DNA of 60,413 nucleotides, counting the filler, from Basidioascus undulatus (taxonomy: Eukaryota): NCBI GenBank assembly GCA_000826855.1. It is 8 parts of 8 records of this genome, joined end to end, with 100 filler letters (N's around TTAATTAATTAA, not from the genome) between each part and the next. Parts side by side here need not be neighbours in the genome. Positions count along the whole stretch, not along the records: positions 19,853 to 24,700 come from JTLS01002058.1; positions 24,801 to 29,640 come from JTLS01002059.1; positions 29,741 to 55,482 come from JTLS01000206.1; 5 more parts are not named here. One strand, 5' to 3'. Within the stretch, counting starts at the first letter, position 1. Each line of letters starts with the position of its first letter. Of this stretch, positions 22,627 to 33,583 are shown piece after piece. A program made the translations under genes and the position numbers. The notes beneath the pieces were generated by a model that did no database searches, was not told the origin of the DNA, and saw only the letters and a list, made by a program, of their open reading frames with translations.

Positions 22627-24158
22627 GATGGGTCTGTGAATTGTCTAGCGGATCAAGAGAGCGTTTGGCTGTGGGAGGTGGTAATGGTTGTTGAGGAAGC
22701 CGTCGAGGAGGCTCGCAGTCGCGACGTTGCGACAGCGGCTCCCGACGTTATCGCGCTGTCATGACCACTTGAAGCGGTGGAGGTCTGGACGCGTCGCAAC
22801 CTCGCACCTTCAGACGAAGTTGGTTGGAAATTTTGAGCATTGGGAACTGGGAGTTTGAACACCGATGCAGTAGTTGCTCAGAGAAATGTATGACGAGCCG
22901 AGCAGCCAAGACGCCGTTGATTCGGTGAAAGCAGCGGGCGATGAAGCGACGACGTATGCTGAAATCCTCGCAGTGCGCCCTCCTGGCTTTTACGTAGGTG
23001 CATCGTGCTTGGAATGTGAGGTTGCCAGCACTAGAACTACTCCAGCAGAGGTGGACTGTTCGCTCGAGCGCAGGCCGGAAAGTGGGCCAATGAAGCCTCG
23101 TACTACAGTAATGCGCCCACGAGCCTCCCTCAACTGCAAGCCAGCAGCCGCTAAATCAACATGCATCCTCCCCTCCTGCTTCCCCATCTACCCATACAGC
23201 CCGACCCTTTAAAACTATCAAACCCAAACATCAGAGCTCGGCGTTCTCCGCCACAGCGCCGCCGCGGGCTCTTCCTCCTCAACCTTAACCTCATCCCGTC
23301 CCATCCCACGCCAGCCCGTCGACCGTAACCCTCCATTCTGCACTCCGGAGAACTTCTCCCCCTCGGTGAGGCTAGGGGCAATATAATGGAGTGGGCTGTG
23401 GGCAGCTGCGAAGGGCGAGACGGTGAGGTTGCGAGTGTCAAGGCCACCCCGACGGGGGCTGTCCGCTGCATGGAAATGAACACATGGAGGGTTGGTTATT
23501 GTGCATGCTTTACGCTTACCATTTGACCAGTAATTGGAGTCGTAAGGATTGTATGGTTTCGGGAGGTCGAAGGGAGGTCTGACGCTGTTGAAAGAGCGCT
23601 GCTTGAAACGTCCCAGAACCGTACCGCAATGGGCTCACTACCCTTCACAAACTCCAGTCAGCTGAAATTCTTTTTGTCCCCCCCGGACGCTCCTCTCTGC
23701 CGCCGTCCTCGAGGTTATTGATCACCTCGAGGCCGGCGCATTGTGGCACAGTCCGGCGGGGACGACGCCGCGCGGTCATGGCAGTCATCTCGTCTATTGC
23801 GCCCGTTTGACGGGTTGAGGTTTGATCAACCCATTTCTTTTGTGTCTTAGTTTTTAGGAACATTTACCCAGAATGTGGTGGGGAGAAAAGACTTCCGATG
23901 GTCGCATCCTACAGAAATGTTCGCCAATTTCACTCGCAGCGAGCCTGCCCTGAAGCCTGCCTGCGCGTGAGAGGGATGGGCGACGCTGGGTGAGTGGGAG
24001 GAGAGTGATCCTCCCAACCCCCCCCCCAAACCCACCCTCCTCACCCTCCACCTGCCCGCACACTCTCCCGATCCCGACCCTCGTGCTCACCGTGCAAACG
24101 ACCGAGCTCGCCATCCCCGCGCCTGCCATCACCGCCGCCACCGCCGCCGCTTCCGGCG

Positions 24159-24700
24159 ATGAAGCCGTCCCCCTCGCCCCCTGCGCCCCGCAAGCGCTCC
24201 CCGCCAGAGTCGTCCTCCTCCCTCTCCTGGTCCGACGACTCCGAGCACGAGTCCGTCCCAAAGCCAACAAAGCCCAAGTCCAATACCAACGGTATCGCCA
24301 AGAAGCCCACCCCCGCCGCGCCGCCCCTCGTCCGCACCGCGTCCAAGCCCAAGCCCAAGCCGGCCCCGCCCGCGCCGTTCGAGCGCGCCGACGCGGCAGA
24401 GTCCGACGACGAAGAGGACGACGAGTCGGGCCTCTCGGACGCGTCCACCGTGCCCCTCACCTCGCCCGCCAAGGGCAATGCTCCAGCCGGCGTCGGCACC
24501 GGCCCGGGCGTGGGCTTCGAGAGCGACGGGAGCAGTGAGCTGAGTGAGCCCCCGGAGGACAGCGAGGACGAGGACTGGGACGCGGGCAAGCGCCGCACGC
24601 CCATGAACGGCCGGAAACGCGCGCAGAGCGCGAGCGAGGATGAGGAGCATGGTCGCGACGCCGAGCGAGTTGGCGAGATTCGCCAGGCCGATGTCGGTGA
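24159..24700 (+). CDS. Low-complexity Pro/Ser/acidic protein, N-terminal part (runs off the contig end)
   Basis: Open frame with GC3-biased codons, MKPSPSPPAPRKRSPPESS...SELSEPPEDSEDED; no recognised domain; start uncertain. Confidence 0.55.
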
Positions 24701-24800
24701 NNNNNNNNNNNNNNNNNNNNNNNNNNNNNNNNNNNNNNNNNNNNTTAATTAATTAANNNNNNNNNNNNNNNNNNNNNNNNNNNNNNNNNNNNNNNNNNNN
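24701..24800. other. Artificial contig-joining spacer
   Basis: N44-TTAATTAATTAA-N44. Confidence 0.98.
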
Positions 24801-26503
24801 TGATCTACTCGCATAACTATTGTAGACTTTCATACCATACATGCAGTACCTTAATGGGGTTCAAATGCGATGGGATGAGGAGAGGCTGGTTGAGGAGAAG
24901 CAGTCGCTGCTGTGGACGGCGGATGTGCAGCTGACATAGCAGCACCAGGGCAGATTATAGGACCGTGTGCGCATGATATCGGAATTCATCTGGGGTTAAG
25001 CGAGTGTGCGATGCGAGTGAGGAGGTGAGAGCGATATGCAACGGCGAAGACGAGCGAGCGAGCGGCTGAGAGAAGGCACTGCGAGCGAGAACAAAGGAAT
25101 ACGGCGACAGCGGCAGAGACGGGTGACGACCTGAAGGTGCTTGCCGCGCATCATTTAGGGAAGATTTAGAGGTTACTTAAAGCTTCAAGGTCAAATAATA
25201 GTACTTCAAAAGGCTTAAAAGTCTTGTTACTGCTCGGGGGACGAAGTTAATCGTTTGCACAAGCGGCAGCGGGATACACAGTGTGCGTGGCAGCCCTGGC
25301 GGTGCAGGATTGAGGCTCCGCATAAAGCGTTTTTGAAATCTGTCCCGAAACGTCTCACATAAGGGGTTCTGAGCATTAGTAATTGATTTCGTTTAGGGTG
25401 TTGCCGACAACTGGGTAGACAACATCCGATGAAAGTGCAGTGTACCGCACTCGTTCTCGGGTCTATACTCTACCTTGAGGTCTTGGAAAATAAGTAGGAT
25501 GGTGCCCGGACTTATAAATAGAAGAGAGGCGGGTGGTGATGGTCAGGTGCACGTGTGGAAGCTTGCAGTGGTTCAGATGATGGGGGTGACGCTGACGGCG
25601 AACTAGCATCGGTACTGTCTGCTGGTAAGAGTAAATAGGAAGCACCGTGATGAGATTAAGACAATGATTTCTGTGCATGCTAGAGGCGGTGAAGGAGTAA
25701 ACTGGTGTCGGCGTTGTACATTGTTGAGTGCTAGTAGACTGTGAGCAGTGTGAGGACCATTGTGAGAAAGCAGACAAACTCAGCGGGAGGCCTCTGAATA
25801 AAGGCTGAACCCATACAAATGCCTCCAGTTTTGACCTCTCAAAAAGTCCAAGGGCGCATTATTTCCTACGAGTCAACACCACAAGTCGTCTCTCGGGGAA
25901 AACACGCTCGCGATGTGACTGCTGCTGCATAGAGGTTACGCAACAACCGCTAGGTATCTCCCAACACGTGTACATAATTTATTAATCATTTCTATCAAGT
26001 TTACTGTGCATTGGGGCGCTATGTCTGCTCTTGATTTGTAGCTCTTGCGAAAAAAGAAAAGCGCAGCCGCCGCCTGCGTAGCCAAAAACAGGATATGTCT
26101 CACTCAAGGTTAACTTCCGCCGCGTTGAAGTCTCCCCAGAAAATGACTTTTGCCAATGCCCATAGGGAACAACTGAGTGTTACAGTCTCTACCGACTACA
26201 TACGACGGCGAGAGAAGCAATGAGGAGACTTTAATGGTGAAGGCCATACCTCTACAGAGAGAGGCGTGCCGGTCGGTGGCTTGTTGCGCAGCCCGGATCC
26301 CCATCTCCGCCCCCACCTCCGCACGCGGTCAGTTATACTCATATCCGGAGAATCCTTCAAGATTATCTACAATTACTTCTGTTTCTGGTCACGTCACTGC
26401 GGCCGCAGCGTCTTCGCGTCGATTTTCCTGAGGCTGCTCTCCCAAATCTCTATCTCGTCGATCCATCCTTCTCTTCCCCGTCCCTCCGTTTAATCGACCA
26501 AAA

Positions 26504-28518
26504 ATGCGCTCTCTGCCGCTCCCTCCCGGTCGCCTTCTTGGTCTGGCAGCCCTCATCCTCGTGCGTTCTCCTTTATCTCCTTTACAGGATCGCGCTCACG
26601 GGTTTCCTGTGTCGACCAGCTCTCCTTCACGGCGCTGTACTACCTCTTCCAGCTCCAACCCATACCCTTCTGGCCCACATTATGGAGTTCACAATCTCTC
26701 ACCTCCTCCTCTCACGCCTCTGTCGAAGGCAGACCAAAAGCCGCCTTCGTAATCCTCGCACGCAATCGAGAGCTGTACGACATCCTGGGCAGCATCAGGC
26801 AGCTCGAAGACCGGTTCAACCTACGGAAAGGTGGGGGGTATGATTATGTTTTCTTGAACAATGAGGAGTTTTCGAAGGAGTTCAAAGAGTGCGCATAGCG
26901 TCCCATTCGGTTTTGCCCGCATTGGCTAGCTGACAGTCACGGCGGGGATTGGACAGGCGCACTTCTCTCCTCGTGTCCACCTCCGCTTCATACGGCCTCA
27001 TCCCTCCCGAGAATTGGCACCAGCCTAACTGGATCGACGAAGACAAGTCGAGGGCGGCGAGGGAGGCGATGACGGCGAAAGGTGTTCTTTACGGCGGTGA
27101 GTTTCGTCAGGCTTGCACATTTTCTCTTGCTGCTAACGCACAACACCGTCCCATAGACTCGGTCTCCTACCGGTTCGTGCTGCAGTCCGAACATGTCTCA
27201 CTGCTCTTTCCTGATGAGCTTGTCTGTCTGCCAGCAACATGTGTCGCTTCAATAGCGGGTTCTTCTACCGCCACGTGCTGCTCAAGCAGTACAACTACTA
27301 TTGGCGCGTCGAGTGAGTCTGTTCAGACGTCCCTATTGTGCCGGTTTGAAGGGAAACCGTGCTGAACTCTGGGACTGAGGAAGACCTGGGGTCAAATTTT
27401 ACTGCGATGTAGATCGTGATCCCTTCGAGCACTTTATTCAACACAACATCTCATATGGTGAGTTGTCAGTTGAATCGCAGCAGCCAATAAACTAACACGA
27501 TCTCAAGGTTTCACCATAACACTGCCCGAATATTCCGAGACGATACCGACACTGTGGGAGACCGTGAAAGGTAAGCCTCTTCCTAAATCAAACTCCAGGA
27601 CCGGCCAAGCCGCTCGACATCCTGCGCTCCCAGAATTCATGAAGCTGCACCCGGAGTACATCGCGAAGAATAATGCACTTGACTTCATCTCGGACGATGG
27701 GGGTGAGACTTACAACGGGTAGGTCGCTTGAACTTCCCGACCGTCGACTGGCTTTCATGTTGATTGTGGGTTTGGCAACGCAGCTGTCACTTCTGGGTAA
27801 GCCCAAGACGGGTGACCCACAAGCTTAACACTGACCCTAGGATGATTTTAGAGTAACTTCGAGATCGGTAAACCTCCTCAATCCATCCGTGCCAGCTTTC
27901 TGCCTCGCTCACACCAGCTCCCTAGGGAACCTCAACTTCTGGCGCAGTCCCGCCTATAACGCCTTTTTCGATCATCTCGAGGCCACGGGCAACTTCTACT
28001 ACGAGGTCAGTCAATCTCAATACCTGCCCCGCTCGCCTTTTCTGACATGTCCACATTCCCGTTAACAGCGCTGGGGCGACGCGCCCGTGCACTCTATCGC
28101 AGCTTCTCTGCTGCTGCCCAAAGATCAAGTGCTTTTTATGAAGCCCGTGGGGTACTACGTGCGTCAAAAGCCTTTGTTTTTTTGAATCCCAGTCTATCTT
28201 AAGCGGTCTTCGCCCGCATCACAGCACATCCCATTCGTGAGCTTCCCCGCACTGTCCGCCCGTCCACAACACCAACTAACCTGACGTCGTCTTGCCACAG
28301 CATCATTGCCCTACCGGGTCAGAGTACAAGTCGCGCTGCCACTGCGACCCATCCCAAAACTTCGGTACAGTCCTCCTTTGTTTCCAGGAAGCCAGACGAC
28401 ATGTTGACCTGAACTGTGTCCGCTTCCATTTCCGCTCACATTCGGGGCAGACTACGAGGGCTGGAGCTGCCTGCGGAAGTGGGAGAAGGTTGCGGGGAAG
28501 CGGCATTGGGAGCTGTAA
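26504..28518 (+). CDS. Glycosyltransferase family 15 alpha-1,2-mannosyltransferase (KRE2/KTR/MNT1-like)
   Basis: N-terminal TM anchor; [64 protein letters not shown]; many short exons. Confidence 0.93.
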
Positions 28519-28641
28519 GAATATCAAGCACCAATTTGCAAATAGCGATGTCTGCGTTAGCGAAGACGGCAGCGCTTTTGGACAGCTTGATAGAGGCAGC
28601 TAAGGCATCCGATCTATAGGCTCTATCCCAATAAATAAATC

Positions 28642-29595
28642 CTAATAAATCATAACCGCAACAATCCCCGAGTGCCAGTACGGGCTGCCATCCGCCAGCT
28701 CCCCCAGCGGTGGCTCCGATCCCCGGTGCAGCGGCGCCTCCGTGAGCTCGCACGTCAGGACGTGCGGTCCGGGCGTGACCATGAACTTAAAGGTGTGGAT
28801 CCTGTCGTCCACCGCGGGAAATCAGTTCAATTCGCGGAGAACGGAGAAGGGGATGGGAGGGAGAGAGGGACGCACACTGAGATCGTCAGTCCGCCGTCGA
28901 TAAAGACGTCCTCTGTCTCGGTGGAATCGTCCACGTGGCAGGAGTAGGTGCCGCTCAGCTATCGAGCGCAACATGCAAGAAGCCTCAGTCATCACGCAAG
29001 CGGGCGGGGATGAAGGATGGGGGAGGGGGCGTACATGCTCGTCGTGGAAGTACGACAGCGCGACGCGCGCCTGGCCGAGCTCGCCGCCCTCGGGGACGTG
29101 GATCCGCGCGGCGAGGAGCGCGCCTTGCTTGGTGGCGATCCAGGCGCGCTTGTTACTGTGCACCCACCCCCAAAAAGGTAAGTCCTCCTTTCTTCCCCCC
29201 CAACGAAGAGTGAGAAGGAGAAGAAAGGGGAAGACGTCGACGCACTTATCAAACTCCCGCAACTCGAACCCCTCATTCGTGACAATCTCCAGCGGCCTCT
29301 TCTCGCTATAGGCGCTCGCGCACCACGGCCTGAGCATTTCCGGGACTTTGATGCGCGTGTCACTTGTGTTGTCGATAGCAAGCGCGAGGGGGCGGAACAT
29401 CAGCACTGTGGGTACGCCGGACTGGGGGGGCGGGAGGAGGTGGATAGGCGAGGAGGGGCGGGAGGTTGTGGAGAGAAGGGAGGCGAAGGGCGGTATGGGG
29501 GAAGGGGAAGGGGCGGAGGGAGGAGAGGGGGAGAGGGTGCAGAGAAGCTGGGACATGTAGGAGTGAAGGAGGTCGGAGAGGAGCTCGTGCATTAA
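28642..29595 (-). CDS. C-terminal part of a putative Cap64-like/SGNH-associated protein (5' end off contig)
   Basis: MHELLSDLLHSYMSQLLC ... LRPWCASAYS ... KRAWIATKQG ... TPGPHVLTCEL ... GIVAVMIY*. Resemblance to Cap64-family C-termini is from recall only. Confidence 0.5.
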
Positions 29596-29640
29596 CTGTT
29601 GGGGGAGGGAGTGAGCGGGCGCGGAGAGGAAGGGACAGGA

Positions 29641-29740
29641 NNNNNNNNNNNNNNNNNNNNNNNNNNNNNNNNNNNNNNNNNNNNTTAATTAATTAANNNN
29701 NNNNNNNNNNNNNNNNNNNNNNNNNNNNNNNNNNNNNNNN
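29641..29740. other. Artificial contig-joining spacer
   Basis: N44-TTAATTAATTAA-N44. Confidence 0.98.
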
Positions 29741-30314
29741 GGTTTCGATCTCTTTGACCCTTGCCGTCGTGCCCTGTCCCTCCCCCGCCACCACCTCGCT
29801 CCTCACCGCCAACCCGCCCACAACATCCCTCACCCTCCCCACCTCCTCCCGCTCGCGCTTCTCCCCGCGCAGGACGCGCTTCGCGCGCGCCGTCGAGCGC
29901 GCAGAGGCGATCTGCTTCGCTGTCCCAGCGAGGATCTGCATTGTCGGCGGCGCGGAGGCGAGGGTTGAGAGAAGGGACCCGAAAGCTGTCGGGGAGAGGT
30001 GGCGCTTGCGCTCTGCGGGCGGGGACGCGTTAGTACACTGATGCAGGGTTTGAAGTGAGAGGGAGGAACGCACTGAGCGTCTTCTTGGGCGCCTGCAAGT
30101 CCGCGAGCTCGTCGTCCGTGTCCCTTTCCTCCTCTTCCTCTTCCTCTGCAGACTCCTCATCCTCCTCGGACCCCTCCCCCTCCTCAGCAGACGACCCCTC
30201 CTCGTCCGCCTCCGAGGCGGACGCAGCGTCCACGGGGAGCTCGTCCTCCGCGACTGCGGGAACAGCGGAGGTAGACGCGGAGCTCAGGCGAGCTTTTTTG
30301 GAAGTGGGGGGCAT
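29741..30314 (-). CDS. RRP15: Ribosome biogenesis protein Rrp15, 3' end truncated by the contig end
   Basis: Acidic N-terminus, then KKTL|KRKR..SPTAFGSLLSTL..AKRVLRGEKREREEVGRVRDVVGG, as in fungal Rrp15. Confidence 0.75.
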
Positions 30315-30779
30315 GGTAGATTGGGTGGGGGTGTCGGGTGATGGATTATGAGATTTGTTGGTTGGGTTGCTAGAGACTTGGGAGGGAGCAAGAGAAGAGG
30401 GAAGCTGGAAGGGGACCAGGCGAAGGTTTCGTGAGAGTGGCTTAGTCAAACTTGTTGCACTGGTGGCTCGCGTCGCGTCGCGTCAAACAGACCGCAAGAT
30501 AGAGCCGCATAATTTTCTTAGTGTACATACCCATAGCACTTTCAGACCGACATCTCTGACAATCGCAACATACAAAGTGAAGCAAGCGAACTGCGTAGCC
30601 AGACAAAGGTCCTATCGCAGCCTGAACTCCCAAGCCCGAAACGCGCAACTACAACACCCACAAGTTGCTTCGCATTCACTCCTTGCAACAACACTCAACA
30701 AAGACGAAGGACTACGACGCGCGTATATCCTGCTCAACGCGCAGCAAATCCACACCGGACCACATATTCTCCAAATCGA

Positions 30780-31213
30780 CCCTCCCCCCAACCGATGCGG
30801 CTAGACCGCTCTCCAACACCCCGCCGTGTCCCCATTTCAACCCTCATATTCTCCTCATCTCACTCTCCTCCTCCTCCGCCGCGCGCACCTCCTCCCCGTC
30901 AGCGGCATACACCGAAGCCGCGCGCATCGGCCTCCTCGTCCTCGCCGGCATGGAGTCTGTCTACCCGGCGGGGCACCCCGCGCGCGGCGTCGTCGCGGCC
31001 GAGGTGGGGAAGCTGCTGTTAGTTGCGGACCAGGGAGAGGGGGAGGAGAAGGCGATGGAGCGGCTGAGGATGGGCAGGGAGATGCACATTCGTGCGCTGG
31101 GTGAGTTGCGGGTCGGCTTTGGGAGGACGGGCGGGCTGCTTGGGAAGGATGTGGAGCGACGGCTGGGGGAGGTGGAGAGGGAGATGCAGATGCGGTGGGC
31201 GGGGGGGCAGTGA
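30780..31213 (+). pseudogene. Isolated C-terminal segment of a SMYD-type SET-domain protein
   Basis: YPAGHPARGVVAAEVGKLL...ALGELRVGFGRTGGLLG...EREM resembles basidiomycete SET/MYND protein C-termini. There is neither room nor motif for a SET domain in the ~500 bp up to the divergent RRP15 start. Confidence 0.55.
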
Positions 31214-31325
31214 TAGATCCCAGGATGAATGAATAGCTGCTCAGATGAGAGGGATTCCGAGTGCACGTCGCAGAAATGGAGCTGAATAATCTTTATGTGC
31301 ATCTTTGTCGACTCTATGTGCAACT

Positions 31326-32824
31326 CTACGCGTCCGCCTTCGCCCCTTCGCCCTCCTGCCACTTCTTCATACGCTCGTAGAGTTCTTTCCGGACAGACAG
31401 TTGGTAAGAGAGTGTGCGGCGCTCCATGATCCCCGGTCCCTCGTCGGGGTCTAGCTCGAGCTGCGGAGAACGAAGCCCAGTCAGTCGCACAATTCTTTGA
31501 GATGTCGGAGGGCCGCGCATACCAGGGAGATCACGTCGTCGAGGAGGTGCGCTTGACCGACGTTCAGCCCGGGGAAGGAGCTGTACTCGATCGAGATGAT
31601 GTGAATGTGAAGGTGATCTGAGAAGAAGAAAGAGCCGGGACCATGACATCACAATCGACTGAGAAAAGAGTAGAGGTATGATGAGCGAACAATAGGTGGG
31701 TTGGTAGTGGATTGCGAACTTGAGGGCGTCTGCGAGATTGGGGCGTTGAACGACCGCCAGAGAAGCACCGGAGAGCAACGATGCTACATACCAGGCTCAA
31801 CTCCCCATCGCTCCTTCACAACCCTCTCACCCTCCTTATGGATCGCCTTAAGCAGAGGCACATGCTGCTTTCGCAGGTCCCTCAGGGTGCGGAGCGACGC
31901 GTCCTTGACGATAGCCTTGCGCATCAACTGTCAGCGCTAAGCCCCGCTTTGTAAGATGTTCAACTGACATACCTGAAGGTACAGAGTTGACATAGTCTTC
32001 TGGTCCCACTTGAAGTCTGCGACGATAACGAAGTCGTCGCCGACATGGTAGTACGTCTCGTTCTGCGCCGAGCCGCTCAGGAGGTCTTGGACCCTAGACG
32101 ACGCGCTTATTGCATGAGCAGCGCGTGTGCTCGGACCTTCGAAGGTACGTACCATCGGGTGTCGGACTCCGGGATTGAATTGATGTACGGAAGAGTGACT
32201 GCACGGTAGGCGGCGGGCGTCTCGCGCACCATGAGCGCCGAGCCTTTCGAGTACTGGATGTTGGCATTCAATCAACACCGTGGTAACTGAAATCAAAGAG
32301 ATAAGCGGAACAGTGCACCTTCCGAATGTGCTTCTCTGTGCAGGGGCAGATCATCCAGATCCTGCGCGCGCCGGGCGCATGTCAACTTTGGCAGAAGAGG
32401 ATGAATCGCAAGGGCAGAACGAACTTCAGATCAGCTTCGGCGACACTCTCGCCCGTCCATCCCAGCAAAGTCGTGTACTGTCCATGCATTCCCAGTCAGC
32501 TACGAGGGGAGACAAAGCGTCGCAATGCCAGACGGACTACGTCGTTCTGCCCCAGGCCCTGGACCTTCCCGATGCCCTCTGCCAGAAGGCGCCGCACAGA
32601 CACAGAGTCGTCTGTGACGTCGAAGTGTTGTTTCTCTATGAGTAGAATCGCGGGCTGGCCGGCGTGAGTGCCCAGCAGGTGCACCCGCCGAGTTACAGGG
32701 TCTGCGAAGACGAAGGCGATGATTGAGCGATCGAGCTGTGAGCGGCGCACGAGCGGCAAGCGCGAGAACCTTCGGAGATGATTTTGTCAAGCTTGAAATC
32801 ACGCAGAATTGATACGTCAGACAT
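31326..32824 (-). CDS. DCS1: Scavenger mRNA decapping enzyme (DcpS, HIT family)
   Basis: MSDVSILRDFKLDKIISE|DP, ICPCTEKHIRK|YS, MVRETP, DFKWDQKT, LRTLRDL, HYQPTY|YHLHIH (HIT motif), GQAHLLDDVIS. Confidence 0.93.
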
Positions 32825-33015
32825 AATGAGAGATGTTTGGATTGAGATGTGATGGTGGTTTGGGGGAAGAGGGTACGGAGGTGTTCAGATGTGCAGTCGC
32901 TCAGGGCCGGTGGGGCTGAGGACGAAGCGCCAAAGTACCTGGGATTAGGGCACCATGAAGCATACCTAGCTGACATTCTGATAACCTAAGAATTTCAATA
33001 AGATATGAGGTCATT

Positions 33016-33043
33016 ATGCACTGCCCCAAATGCACTGCCCCAA
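33016..33043. repeat. Perfect 14-bp tandem duplication (ATGCACTGCCCCAA)x2
   Basis: Directly visible in the DCS1-GAD1 divergent intergenic region. Confidence 0.9.
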
Positions 33044-33583
33044 CTTATGTAGACACAGTGGTCTACACTGGAAGACCATCCTGTTCCAACGTTGGTTGTC
33101 ACTACTTTCAACACCTCCCAGATTGCATGGTCGGATGGCAGTACTGTTTCCTAGATTAACATGCACGCCTAGTAATCAACTTGGGAGTCGGGCATTATGT
33201 ATTGACCCGAGCGCAAGCTCTGCAAGTCCACAGCATGTAGGTCTTGCGTTGCCTCGGGCAGCTCTGTCCCTCGGTCATTACGCAGCAATATTGCAGAACC
33301 CATTACGCTACGATGATGCTTCTACAGAAATAGACAAGGGTATCCGGCATGAACGTGCTGGATTGGGCTTACGGCGCAGCTCTTCATGCACTCTCGATCC
33401 TCGAAATGAGGTCATCAGCCTCAAATAGCCCGTATCACCTCGCCCGTACACGCTCCATTGTACACCGTTAAGAAGGTCGCCACGTTCTGCTCTTGACCAA
33501 CGACCACCATATTCATACCCTTATCAAAACCTTTCTGAAGCCCTCGCACCAGCCCTTGACTTTACCCAGCACAATCGCTCAAC

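Noticed and set aside
22874..23500. Coding-like patches upstream of the S9 peptidase gene
   Set aside because: No consistent exon chain or recognisable motif could be assembled.
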